From Octopus sinensis (Eukaryota): 64,000 bases of DNA. The position numbers and the translations under genes are program-made. Position 1 is the stretch's first letter. Every line of letters starts with the position of its first letter. The stretch spans positions 86,676,001 to 86,740,000 of the forward strand of contig NC_043000.1 in the NCBI RefSeq assembly GCF_006345805.1, read 5' to 3'. The notes beneath the pieces are model-generated. The model did no database searches and was not told where the DNA came from. It was given only the letters and a program-made list of their open reading frames with translations. Positions 1-13,300 of the stretch are shown here, piece by piece.

Positions 1-260
1 GACACAAAGACACACACACTTAAATACATACATATATATAGGACAGGCTTCTTTCAGAACCATGTAGTTGGGAAGCAAGCTTCTTACCTCACAGTTACAC
101 CTGCTTGTAGCAGCTTTTTATATTAAATAAACACTTCTTCTCTAATATAATTCCTGACATTTTGAAACTGTCATTTCAGAACTTTACTATGTTTTGTAGA
201 GTTTGAATGGTTAACTTTTAAGTTTTTAGTATGTTTATGATCAAAAATACATGCTATCAT

Positions 261-420
261 TAACCCTTTTGTTATTGTTGAAATACACTACTTTTGTTTC
301 AATTAAGTTTGTAAATAATGGAGAATTTAGTCAAATAATTTTGTCTGTATTAAGCTGGTGTTCAGAGCATGAATTAACATAAAATTTTGAAAGAAGCTTC
401 TGTATTAGATCACATTAAAA
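261..420. repeat. AT-rich interspersed repeat copy (second copy at about 2690-2880)
   Basis: Shared blocks gttgaaatac...tttgtttcaatta...ctggtgtt..a.cat.aattaacat at both positions; class not determined. Confidence 0.5.
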
Positions 421-884
421 CCTGTAGTTTCTATCCTGAAACCTTGGCTGCTCTCATGCAGACTGATATCAAAAACTTCACTGTTCTTTTGCATTATACA
501 ATTCCATAGGGTATTTCTGTTGAAGTATCTCAATTTGGATTGAACATCATTGACTTTTGTGGCAACCATTTTTGATCATTCACTGGCAGTGAATGGGTGA
601 TAAAAATTTTCAAAATAAGAAGTTCCTAATCAAAACCTAGTACACTAATGACTTATAAAATCAAACTTGTAGTGTTTCAAAATATGAAGTTTTTGTTTCA
701 GACTTTTTTCATTAAATTAATAAGCTGGGTGAGAAGAAATTCCTACATATTTTTAAGGCTTTCTTACACAGTAGTAGGATAATGGTAATTTGGTGGATTT
801 TGAGTTTTCGAAGTAAATTGTAGATAAGTAGGGTATTTGTTCTAGAGGTATGTGATTTTGAACAACAAGACTTGTGCAAAATAA

Positions 885-1260
885 TCAAGCGTGGCTGTGT
901 GGCAAGAAACTTGTTTCCCAGGTTCCAGGTTCAGTGCCCCTGCATGGCACCTTTAGCAGGTGTTTTTTACTATATTCTCAGGCCGACCAAAGCCTTCTGA
1001 GAGGATTTGATAGACGGAAACTGAAAGAAGCCCGCCATATGTATGTATGTGTGTGTGTGTGTATATTTATGTGTGTATGTGTTTGCCTCCTTCCATCACT
1101 TGACAACCAATGTTGGTGTGCTTATGTCCCAGTAAAAGGGACCAATTGAATAAGTACTAGGCTTACAAAGAATGTCCTGGGGTTGATTTCTTCAACTAAA
1201 AACCATTTAAAGCAGTGCTCCAGCATGGCTGCAGTCAAATGACAGAAATAAATAAAAGAG
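885..1260 (+). mobile_element. tRNA-derived SINE
   Basis: A-box-like TGGCTGTGTGG and B-box-like GGTTCAGTGCC, body ...tagacggaaactgaaagaagccc, internal (TG)n, tail aataagtactaggcttacaaag; near-identical architecture at 21105-21445. Confidence 0.75.
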
Positions 1261-2186
1261 TTACAAGAGTAAAGTTACACAGAATTTATAGAATTATTTT
1301 GAATGGATTTATTTGGAGGCAACATAATCAAGTTCAAAGCAATAAAGCAAATGAGACAACTGTTAGTTAACAATAAATTAGTAGTATTAATGAATGAAAG
1401 CTTTCTATTGAATCATCATTGTTTTACAGTGTGTTCATATACTGCAATGAAAGTCTGTCCAATGAAGCATGAGTTCTCCCATTGGATGAAGCCGAAGCAT
1501 GACTTCATTCTGACATTCTCATAGTGTTTTTAAGGCAAAAATATTAGGGTAATTTGCCATTGTCTTCCCCAACTGGATGGTTGTTGGCCCATAATGAGTT
1601 GGGATAATTATTTGTTACTTTACAGTTTAAGAAATTATTCAATAGCTATTATTCTCACCAATAAAAAATGGTAAGAAAATATAAAACTGCTTTGTTTCTA
1701 AGAAAAAAAACCCAAAATACTAAGAAATAATAAGAATGAATATAGTTGTGTTTTAGTTGTTGTAGTCCTGCTGGGTGTCTAGATACCTTCTCACAAAAGT
1801 AGCAAGCCAGTTTAGTTACCAACCATCTGACCATAGAGCAGGTACTACTGGTTTACAAGGTACCGATAGCAGGTCTCATCAGCCTGTGATGAGATCCCTG
1901 ACCTGACATTCTTTTGAATAGAAGTACTTTTTCACTGCTATTGTCCATGTCAGTATGCATGATAATGGATACTCTATGGTAGATAATATTGTCTATGTAC
2001 AGCTCTGGATAGAAAAGTGCACTGATTTTTCTCCATTTGTACGTTAGTTTGACATCAACAATGCAAGAATCTCAAATGAATTTTACCCCTTTTGTCTTTA
2101 TTTTTATAATCTAAGAAAGTTAAAATATCATTTTCATAGTTTTGTACTTAAAGTGAAAGTATGAAAATTGCCCTTAAGAAAAAAAG

Positions 2187-2227
<41 letters not shown>

Positions 2228-2303
2228 TAAGGGTAGAAATTGATATTTATCAATTAAAACCAGTGGTCTAGCATATTAAAAAAAATTCGAAGATTAAAAT
2301 ATT

Positions 2304-2530
2304 TATATATACCAATTAAGGACTGAACACGAAAAGTGGACAGTCAGCATGCTAGATATAGATGTCAAATCGCCATTCTCCACAAAGATTATGTTCTCAA
2401 ATCAAACTCAGCACAGTTTGTGCTGAGTTTGATTTGAGAACATAATCTTTGTGGAGAATGACGATTTGACGTCTATATCTAGCATGTTGACTGTCCACTT
2501 TTCGTGTTCAGTCCTTAATTGGTATATATA
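2304..2530. repeat. Near-perfect palindrome: 112-bp arms, 3-nt loop
   Basis: 2304-2415 is the reverse complement of 2419-2530 with 3 transition mismatches; loop GTT. Confidence 0.95.
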
Positions 2531-3289
2531 TATATATATATACATAGAGAGAGAGAGAGAGAGAGGGTTTGGCACATACATTCATGCAACTCACTGTTTA
2601 AGGGTTAAAAAACTAGTTTTCATTTTTGAGGGAATCCTTTGAATCCATCTGTGTGCAATACACTTTTGGCTGTGTGACAAGTATTTGCTGCACTTTTCTA
2701 TAAATCTTTTGTTATTATATGTCTGTTGAAAATACAGTCTTTGTTTCAATTAGCTTTGAAAATAATAAAGGATTTGTTAAAATGATTTTGTCACTATCAA
2801 ACTGGTGTTTGGAACATAAATTAACATGAAATTCTGATGAAAGGTTTTAATTAAGATCATTTTAAGAGGGGGCATTTGTATCATAGAATCAAGGGCAGTT
2901 TCAGGTAGGTTGGTATCAAAAGAATTAAATATATTAAAATGCAGAATTTATCACTTGACAAATATTCTACTAGCATTTAAGTTCAAACTCCTTTTATAGT
3001 TTTGAAGGTTTTTACAAATCCTGTTGAACTCACAATTTCTTATTATTCAAGCAATTTTGATTGGAAAATATTTCAGGTGGTAGTGAACTTCATTTATATT
3101 TCCTATACTGAAGATTTCTAACAGATTTTAAAATTAGTTTGAAAATATATATTTTATTTATATAATCATACCTTTTTTTAAGAATGTTCAGAAATAAGTG
3201 TCTTGATATGTTTAACTTTTTTTACTTTTTTAATAGTTTGACATTTCAAATGGTATGTATATATTTATTTTTTAACTATATTTTTAAAG

Positions 3290-3379
3290 GTGAAATGGAT
3301 AGAGCAACAAATTTCAAAACACAGAGTCAAAAGAAATGTTAACTTTAACGACCCAAAGTGGAATATGATGTGGTATTTG
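3290..3379 (+). CDS. FURIN: furin exon: [30 protein letters not shown] (prodomain cleavage site)
   Basis: tttttaaag|GTGAAATGG...TATTTG|gtaagt; 90 nt, phase 0/0. Confidence 0.93.
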
Positions 3380-4276
3380 GTAAGTTTAAATTTTAAAGTA
3401 TTCGTTCATAGATTAGTTTCTGCTTGAAAAATTTAATTTCAAGTGTGATAAATTTCCAAAATTTCTTTTAATATCTTTCTTATAGAATCGTGGACATGGT
3501 CTTGATATGAATGTTAGAAGAGCCTGGGAAAGAGGTTATACAGGACAAGGCGTTGTTGTAACTATTCTAGATGATGGGATTGAAAGAGATCATCCAGATC
3601 TTAGGAGAAATTATGTGAGTAAATACTCTTTTTTCTTAAATTTTTGTAAAGTTGGTTTTTAATAAATCACACAGGCCTTCTCTTCTAAAATTTGAGTAGA
3701 CATATAGCTCCTCTATATTAAGAAACCTGTTCTGTTCTGGCCTTTTCCCTCATACTTTAACCCTTCTCCTAGCATAAATCCACTGCTTCCTCAGAGTTCA
3801 TAGTCTTGCAAGCTGCATGATAACTTCACTAGTGGTGGTAGAATGAAAAACACCACCCAGTACACTCTTGGAGGTGGTTGGCATTTGGAAGGCCATCAAG
3901 GTGTAGAAACCATGTTAAAGCAGACATTGGAGCATGATGCAATCCTTGGACCCATTAGATCTTGATATATATATATATTGATCACTTTGTAATTATAATA
4001 CACGATCTCATTAAAAAAAATTATTGTAATTGTTTCTCAAATCTAGGAATAATATAATCATGCACTAATTTAAAATTAATTCAAAAAGTCAAAATTAATA
4101 AGTTTCACCATCAAGATCTAATGGGTCCAAGGATTGCATCATGCTCCAATGTCTGCTTTAACATGGTTTCTACACCTTGATGGCCTTCCAAATGCCAACC
4201 ACCTCCAAGAGTGTACTGGGTGGTGTTTTTCATTCTACCACCACTAGTGAAGTTATCATGCAGCTTGCAAGACTAT

Positions 4277-4371
<95 letters not shown>

Positions 4372-7300
4372 GTATTTTATGGGTGTAGCTTGAATTCTGC
4401 TTCATCACTAAAAGAAGATATAATTATTTAATCAAAAAAGCAACATAAGTTGTCCACACACACACACACTTCATAAATTCACTGCTCCTCCTTCTTTCAC
4501 CCTTACTTTTGGGGCTACAAAACACTACTTCTTTACTTTATTCACTATGTTCTTTTACTTTCACTGTTGAACAGCTAACATTCTTGCTCCCTGATTTTCT
4601 TTTCTGTTTTTGATGACTGCCCACTGTCCAAAACATTGAATATTCCTGTTTCTTCCTTACAGCATAATTATATATCTTGTGCTTTTGTTAGTTGTTTTCT
4701 TGTTGTTTTTTTTTTCCGGGACATTTTTTATATTCTGTTACTAAAATTGATGCAAACCAAACAAGTTACCTCTAGGTTTATATGATTATTTAATCAGCTT
4801 ACATAATTTACATGTTTATTCAATAGATTTAATACTGTGAAAATGAAGTAAGAGTGTAATAACTGCATAAGGTTTTTTTTTTTCTCTTGTTCTTTCCTGC
4901 TACTTTGACTCTTCAACTAAATCATCTACTTATTATTATTTTTTTTAAATTACAAATTTCATAGGCTCTTTTCCTCTACTGGAAATGAATTTCTCTTTTG
5001 GGATTCTTATCCATATATCACGCCATAATTCCTTTTACCCATATACTATGGAACTAAAAATTTAAAACTCATTTAGTATGTGGTCTTTACTACACTTAAT
5101 CTATTATATATGTATTGGATAGACCTTATGGGTTGCATGTTTAAGTGTTAGCATTTCATTATTATTTGGCTCACTTCCAGAGATAGGTTTAGAAGAGAAA
5201 ACTTTTATCACCAGAATCTTTTGTAAGCTTTGAATCTCTCTAACAACTTCATTAAATTCAAATTACTTTTCTTTTGTAAACTTTTGTAATGCATTATATG
5301 CTGTTTTTCTTTTTATTGAAAAAGAGAAAAGAAAAAGAAATGTGTCAATATCTGCTTTGAAAATCGTCACTTAATAGTTTTGTGCTGCAGTATTCAAGTC
5401 AATACTGAAGCTGTTTATTTCAGCAAGTTTTATTGTTAGTGCACTAGACAAGTCTGAATATCTTAAGGTGATGTGAAATCAAAATCATTTCTGACAAGTA
5501 CATTAAATTATTTAGGATTTATCTAAATAATAAATGTAATAAACTAAATAACAAGAAAATGCTATGCATTTTAGTTTAACAATTCATTTTACCACATCAC
5601 TTATTTTACACTATGTTTTTGATAACTCATTGAAAATACCTGTTTACTCTTCTTTTGTAAATATTTACTTCCTTGCATTTGGCAAATTGTGGTTAGTTGA
5701 ATCACTGATTTTTATCTCATGCATTTTAACATTCACTCTCTATTTCCTGTGTAACTTTAAGAGGATTTAACCAATATCTAAGAATTGTTGCCATAGTTGA
5801 AATCATTGCAGTTATTGTAGCTTCCTCCCATACACACACATTTTGAATGAGTTATAATTATCAAACATTTGTAATTTCATTTCACACTCCACTTCAATGA
5901 TAATATTCAGCCTTGTTCTCTGTTCCCATTATATTTTTTATAAGACTAGCTTTTATCAGTATACATGATATATATATGTGTGTGTATATATATATATATA
6001 TATTTTGGTGACAGGAAGGCAATCCAGCTATAGAAAATACACCTCTGTAAACTGCATCTGATCTATGCGAGCATGGAAAGGTGGACATTAAAATGATTAT
6101 GTATATAACTGTCATCATCTTTTAACATCTGTTTTCCATGCTGGCTTGGGTTGGCTGGTTTAACAGGATCCGATGGGTAGGAGGACTGTTATATCCAAGT
6201 CTGCTTTAGCATGATTTCTGTTACTGGAAGCCCTTTCTAATGCCAACTTTTCTTGAGTGTACTGGTACTCATTTTCATGATTACAAGCACTACTGGAGTC
6301 ACCATGTAGCTTGCAAGACTAAGATCCCCATCAACTGAGTGGTGCTATAGTTAGTTGATAGGGGGACAGCTTTAAATTTGATGATGGAAGGTTAGGGCAT
6401 GAAGGAAAGGGCCAAAATAGGTTTTTTGCCATGGAGAATATACATGGCCACTCGTATCTAGAAAATTTGCTGTAAACATTTTTAGTGAAAAAAAATTCAC
6501 TGTAAGACAAATTTGCAATATGAACAATGATAAAGTATATTATAAAAATAGAAAAAATGAATTATAAATGGTTTTATGAAAGCATTTAATATGCAAGTCT
6601 TTATTAAGCATTAAACATTATAAAAATGTGATGAGGTCATTTAAAACATGTGAAAATTCCAAGCAATGCTGCATAAATAATGTATATTTTGTTGTGGATT
6701 GTATCAAAACATTTGTCTCTGAAACTTTGTATTAATATTGGTATACTTTTCTTCATCGCTGCTACATTTCCTCAATCTAAATCACACATTTTCTTTTTTG
6801 CTAAACTCTTTTTCCCAGATATTTGGATGCATGTTAGTAACAGAGCTTTGTATTGCATTGTTGAAGCCTTCTATACTGTTGTTTGTTCTGATCATATTAT
6901 TCTGAGTTCTTTCGAAAACATTCCACAATTCTGTAGGAAATGTTGGCTCCATTCTTCACTTTCACATACCTCGATCTGGTTCTTTTCCTGTATAGTGGAT
7001 TTCAAAGTATGATAAAAATTCTTGGGGCAAATCATCATCATCAGTCAATTCAACAATTCCATCAGTAACATCACACACCAGAAGAAATGCTAATGTTGTG
7101 AAGTATTTAATTTTGTTAAATGCTGAGAACTTTAAACCAATATCCACAACTTAACTATATACAATAAACAACCTGTAATAGTTGTTGTGAATGTGCGAGA
7201 GAAAATTGATAGGTGCTTTCTTACAGTCGACCATTTTGGGCTTTAATGATGGGTGTAAGCCCTTTAGGGCACTGAAAAGTCTACTTTACATTACTCGGAT

Positions 7301-10300
7301 TTACCAGGAAGCAAAGCAAAAAGACATGAGATGTTAATACTTCTTACAGCAATATGTAGCATGAATAACTGATAATATTTATATATCTGGGCTGCATTTG
7401 AATGTACCATTGCAAGCCCAGTTATTATTATTATGGTCATCTAATCCCATTTGTGTTCCAAACACTAAAATTCTCTTGGCATCATCTTCACCACTATCAT
7501 AATAAAAACTGATTGCCAGTTTGAAGAAATTAATATTCTTCCTCATAAGTATTTATCAAAGGAGCAACACAAGCACACTGTAAATTATGTAACTCACATT
7601 AAAATTTTAAATAAATTACCTTTCTCTAATTGTTATCTTAATGATGAAGTTGCCAGAAGTTACAGTTTAAAGAAAACAACTAATATTTTACTTTATTTTT
7701 GTATCTGGTTCGCAAGATTCTTTATGTAAATTTGTGTGTTGAAACAAATTTTATTGTCTAGGGAGAGTCATTATGCTAATATAATTAACACACACTGGTT
7801 CAATTCCACTCTTTCATTATTATTAGTCAACTGGTTAAATATCCAACTAACTAAACGATTGTTTAATTTGTTTTGCTTTTGTTTGACAAAGTTCTTTTGT
7901 TGCTATTTGCAACATTTTCAATGACTATTGGTTAAATATTCAACTATTAGTTTAACATCCGCTTTCCATGCTGGCATGGATTGGACGGTTTGACTGAGGC
8001 TGCATCAGGCTCCAATCTGAGCTGGATGTCCTTCCTAATGCCAACCACTCTGAGAGCGTAGTGGGTGCTTTTACATGCCACTGGCACGAGGGCCAGTACT
8101 GGCAATGCCCACGCTCAAAAGGTGTTTTTTACGTGCCACCTGCACAGAAGCCAGTCCAGTGGCACTGGCAATGACCTTGCTCGAATACTGTCTTTCACAT
8201 GCCACTGGTACAAGTGCCAGTAAGGTGACACTGGTAATGTTCATGCTCGAATGGTGCTTTTTATGTTCCACCAGCATGGGAGCCAGTCAGTGGCCCTGGC
8301 AATGATCACGCTCAGATGGTGCTCTTAGCACTCCACTAGCAGAGAAGCCAGTCAAGCGGTGCTATCATCGAATTTGATTTCAATTTCACTTGCCTCAACA
8401 GGTCTTTGCAAGCAGAGTTTAGTGTCCACAACTCCAGTAACATTTCTACATCAGTGTTTATTTTCAATAACTTGTCTATTAAAGTATGGCATGCATTTCA
8501 AGTTATACCAAAACGCTTCTTTTATGAGATTTCAAAAGAAATTAAAAGATACTTGAAAGTGGTCTTGTCCTGCTCCACCACTTGATAACTGGTGTTGATG
8601 TGTTTACATTCACATAGCAGTTCAGCAAAAAAAAAAAAGACCAATAGAATAAGTATCAGGCTTATCAAAATGTCCTGGGTTTGAATTTTTTTTTTACTAA
8701 AACCCCCACATGACTGCAGTCATATGACTGAAACAAGTAAAAGATAAAAGATATGTATTTGAACACCATATTTATACTTTAAACTTTACAAAATGTTTCT
8801 GTGTAATCTACTTGACTGGCTAATATATGGTAGTCAAATTCTCTCCCAATCAAACTTTTATACCATAAATTTTATAGTGACACTATAATTCTCCACTTTT
8901 AGAAGGGTATGCTCATTTGAAACCAGCTGTTAAATGACCATCTATTCATATGAAAATATTTTGCTAATTTCAACTCACCAAATTTAGGAGGAGTAAAATG
9001 GTTCTGTGCTTGTTATATATGTATAATTCCCAAACTATTCATAATTCTTGCCATCAATATAATCTTTTGTCATTCCATTTCATTATCATAGTTTAATATC
9101 TGTCTTCCATGCTGGAATGGGTTTGACAGTTTGATAAAATCCAATGAGCGGGGAGACTATGTTGGGCTCCAATGTCTGTTTTGGGCACGGTTTATACAGC
9201 TGGGTGTTTTTCCTAACCACCTAAAAAAAGTGTACTGGGCACTTTTTACATGGCACTGGTACCAATGAGGTTGCCAAGTAACTTACAAGGTAAAGAAAGA
9301 CCCTTCAACTAAGTGGGGTTGTAGCAGAGAGGGAGGTGGTTTTATGCCAGAGGCTAAAGTATGATAAAGAGACATGTATAGATGTTATGCTGTAGAGGTG
9401 ATACATGGTTATTTCACATTATATAAGAGTGGGTGGAAGTAGCTGGAAAGAAGACAAAATACACATTCTAACTATCCTTGTAGAAATGGTAGAAAAATAT
9501 TTGGTCTGAATAAATAAGTCAGTGGTACAAAGTGAAATAATTTCCAGTAGAAAATTGAAAGTGGCTTCAGTCCTCATTATCAACAAATGAAATATTAACC
9601 TTATTATTTCTCTCAACATTTTGCCTTCCTTTTTTTCTTCCTTAGTGAAATAGAAAACAAAAATAATTGTGGCTTGAAACCAACAAATCTTGTTTCATGT
9701 TATTTGTTTCAGTTTAGTGATAATGAAGAGATCATACCTCCTAGGATTTGCATTTCATCTTTTTTTTAATTTCTAGTTGGAAAAATTAGGTTTATGTTGG
9801 CATTTTAATAGAGGTAAAATTTGAAGAGCATAGCCACGAGGTACATTTATAACATTTTCCTTTTTCAAAACAGTATACAATTAAGATTATTTTGTTACTT
9901 GTGTTTATATATAAAATATTTTATTTTCAGGATGACCAAGCTAGTTATGATGTAAATGACCACGATCCAGATCCAACACCACGTTATGATTATACAAATG
10001 AAAATAGGTAAGAGAGTATTCAAAGAATAAATATATATAAAATGACATAATTGTTAAATAATAATAAATAGTAATTGGAAATAGTAAAAGCTTCAAGACT
10101 GATTTATGTCAAACTTTTGAGTGATTGAATATTAATGGTATTGGTGGGAAAGGGCAACAGACATGTCAGGACAATATAAGGACTTCAGGCTGGTAATAAT
10201 ATCCTACATTAAAGACTCAGTCCTCCTGCAGGTATGGTGCATGACTATGGCGTTTACTTTGCAGCCATTTGGTTGTAGGTTCAGTCCTACTTTGTGGCAC

Positions 10301-13300
10301 CATAGGTGTTCTCTACTATAGCCTTGGGTTGACCAATTACTTGTGAGTGAAATTTGGTAGGTATGGAAACTGTGCAGAAAACTGAGTGTACACACATGCA
10401 CACAGTGATAGATAGGTAGATTGATAGATAATTTTTGTCTTTTACATGTTTCTGCCATTGTATTGTGGCCATCTAGGTATCCCCTTTTTGAGTTTTAGTC
10501 AAATGAATCAACTCCAGTACTTTTCTTTTTAGGCCTAGTACTTATCCCATTATCCTCTTTTACCAGACCACTAAATTATGGGAATATAAACATACCAACA
10601 CCAGTTGTTGTCTCACACACGCACACACACATATACATACATAAATGATATACTTCTTTCAGATCCACTCACAAGGCTATAGAAGAAGACACTTGCCCAG
10701 TGTGCTACACAGTGATTGGGAAGCAAAAACACAATATATGTTTTTATGCGCTACTATTAGTTTCATGTGCTGAGAACATGCCAAACATTGTTTTGTCTCT
10801 CACAAGATGGAATACTTTTTTTTTTTGTTGATCTTACCATCATGGAACAGTACACACACACGCATGCACGCACAAGTATAACATGACATTAGTTGTATTA
10901 GTTTGATACTGAATGAACAAAGAAATATTAGACTTTTTAGACTTATTTGTCCTTTGTAGAAAATAAAATATTAAAAAAACAAAAGAGTTACTCCACAAGA
11001 GTTTGAAATCAATTTTGTCTTTTTAACTTGACAAAAATATGAGGAAGAAAGTGTTCAATGTTGGAGAGTAGACCAAGGGAGGTAATGTTGATTGTGTCTG
11101 TTATCTGTGTACGTTTCATGCATTTATTTTAAGTGAACACAGTTTGTGTGAGTGTGTTTTTCCTATGTATAGTTAGTATATAAATGTTTCATTATGTACT
11201 ATGAGTACATGGTTATGTGTGTGGGATTGTTGAAGTGTGATGGCTTAGTGTAACTACATGTTTTATGTTTAGTTATGTAAATTTGAAAAGTGGTAAAAGT
11301 TGAGAATTTGAATTGTATGTTTGGAAAATTCCAAGCAGAAATATAAATTCCTATTCTCTTTGTAGATGAAAGATCAGGAATCGAGAATATAAAGCTAAAC
11401 CAGAAACAATTTTCACAGATCTCTCTATAAAACTGTCAGCTAATCATCAGCCAGTTTTGTCCAGTATTACTGATTTTCATATAGTATATATTTTAAGTTG
11501 CCTATGAGGACCTTGGTGGTGCAGGTATAACAGTTTAAAGCATAGAATGAAGGGTTGGTGAAGAATGGGCAAGTGTAGAAATGGCTGCATGAAGGAAGAA
11601 TAGTCAAGCTTCTTGTGTGGGATGGTGAGGGGAAGAGCTATTGATCAATAAGTCATGCAGATTGCTGGCATATTTAAAAGAGGGAAGGAGTAGATTAGGA
11701 AAGGGGTCAGATGTGGCAGGGCTTAATAAAGGAAGTTTGGAGTGTTGAAGAATGATACACTGGAACAATAAATTGGAGAGATTGTAAATGATGACAAAGA
11801 TGAGGAGTTGATCATGGTGCAGATGAGGAGTGTGAGGATGGTAGTGCAGTAGCTTCTTTGAGCATGGGAGCAAGCCTGGATTGGAAGTTTTGATGTGTAA
11901 GGAGATTTAATTGAGCTGAGATTGGATGTCTGGAGGGAAAGTAATTGAAGGTAGAGAATAGTGTGTTTGATATTGGTGGGAGAATGAGAAGAAAAGTTCA
12001 AGTAGGAGTGAGGTTTGTAAAAGATAGATAACAATGGTGAGTTGAAACAATTGATAGAAATTGAAACAAGTGTGAGACACAACTGAATTTGGAAGTAGGG
12101 CAGAAGCAACACACAAACAAAATATTGACTCATTAACAATCACATACACACATACCTGCTGTTTTCTATCACATCATATATAAATATCTCTACTATTCAA
12201 CAAACACAAGCATGCACATACATGAACACATAGAAACACTAAAGTTCTAAGATTTATTACAATTCAACAAACACTCATTCACGTACATATCTACAATTGA
12301 CACAAGCACACATAGTCAACATTACTTCCATTTGTAAACTTTCCAACATTATACACCACGTTCTTCTGCTTTTCGGTTTTTGCTTCACTCAAAAGAATGG
12401 CATTCTCATAAATGTGGATTAACTCATTTTTTTTTGGCATTCATTTTTTTTTTCTGTTTTTTCTTTTTGGTGGAAGACAAATAAGTCCAACATATCAAGC
12501 ATTTCTTTCCATGACTCATCCACCCTCAAATTAATACAACTTTGTGTTATTCATTGTCTGTAATATTCTACATTTGATTATATTCTCTACACTGATGTAG
12601 ACAGACTGACATACCTATTCTAAATTACCTCCTTGATTACCATTTTGGATTTCTTTGGATTTATAACAATTATCTCTAGGTCTTTATTTACCCTTTTATC
12701 TGCAAGGGAAACTGCAATAACTTAAGAATTTAATGTTATCATGTACAGTATTCAACACTTCTATTGACTGGTTTTATGAGTGTGTGTGACTAAGTGTGTC
12801 TTGTGATATATAGTTATTGAGTTTGTATTTTAACACCCAAAATGGACTTGGCCATTTAATAAATTGTCTGACCAAATACTAGTGATGTTACAACCTTTGA
12901 AGGTGCTACCTTAGAACAGTTGCATTCTAAAGACTGAAACTAGTAAGATTTTAAAAATTACATGAAATATAGTTGAGTCAATTCAAGTTTATATCTGTCA
13001 GTTATTTGTTATTTCAGTAAAAAGTAGATTTAAAGTTTTACTCTAGAAATCTTTACTTGAATTGCATTATTTTTCAGATTTTTAACTTGTTTTAAGGCAA
13101 CACTAGTGTCACCTTATGATTGTACTTACATTCTTGATCACTTTTTCTTAAATGTAGCACAAAACATTCTGCCACAATATTTTCTGAGCATTTAAGATCT
13201 TTCTGTGTTTTATTGATTGACAAAAGTAATGTTCAGAGAGCTGTGGAGTAGATTTAAATTTGAAATATGTGGTTTAAGTTATTTAAGTTAAGTTATTGTA

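Noticed and set aside
1850-1895. Minus-strand CTGATGA-GACC...GGT hammerhead-like start
   Set aside because: No GAAA or stem III follows.
1-3289. Upstream furin exons (signal peptide and prodomain)
   Set aside because: No acceptor-bounded segment here encodes a prodomain-like sequence; these exons are presumably upstream of the window.
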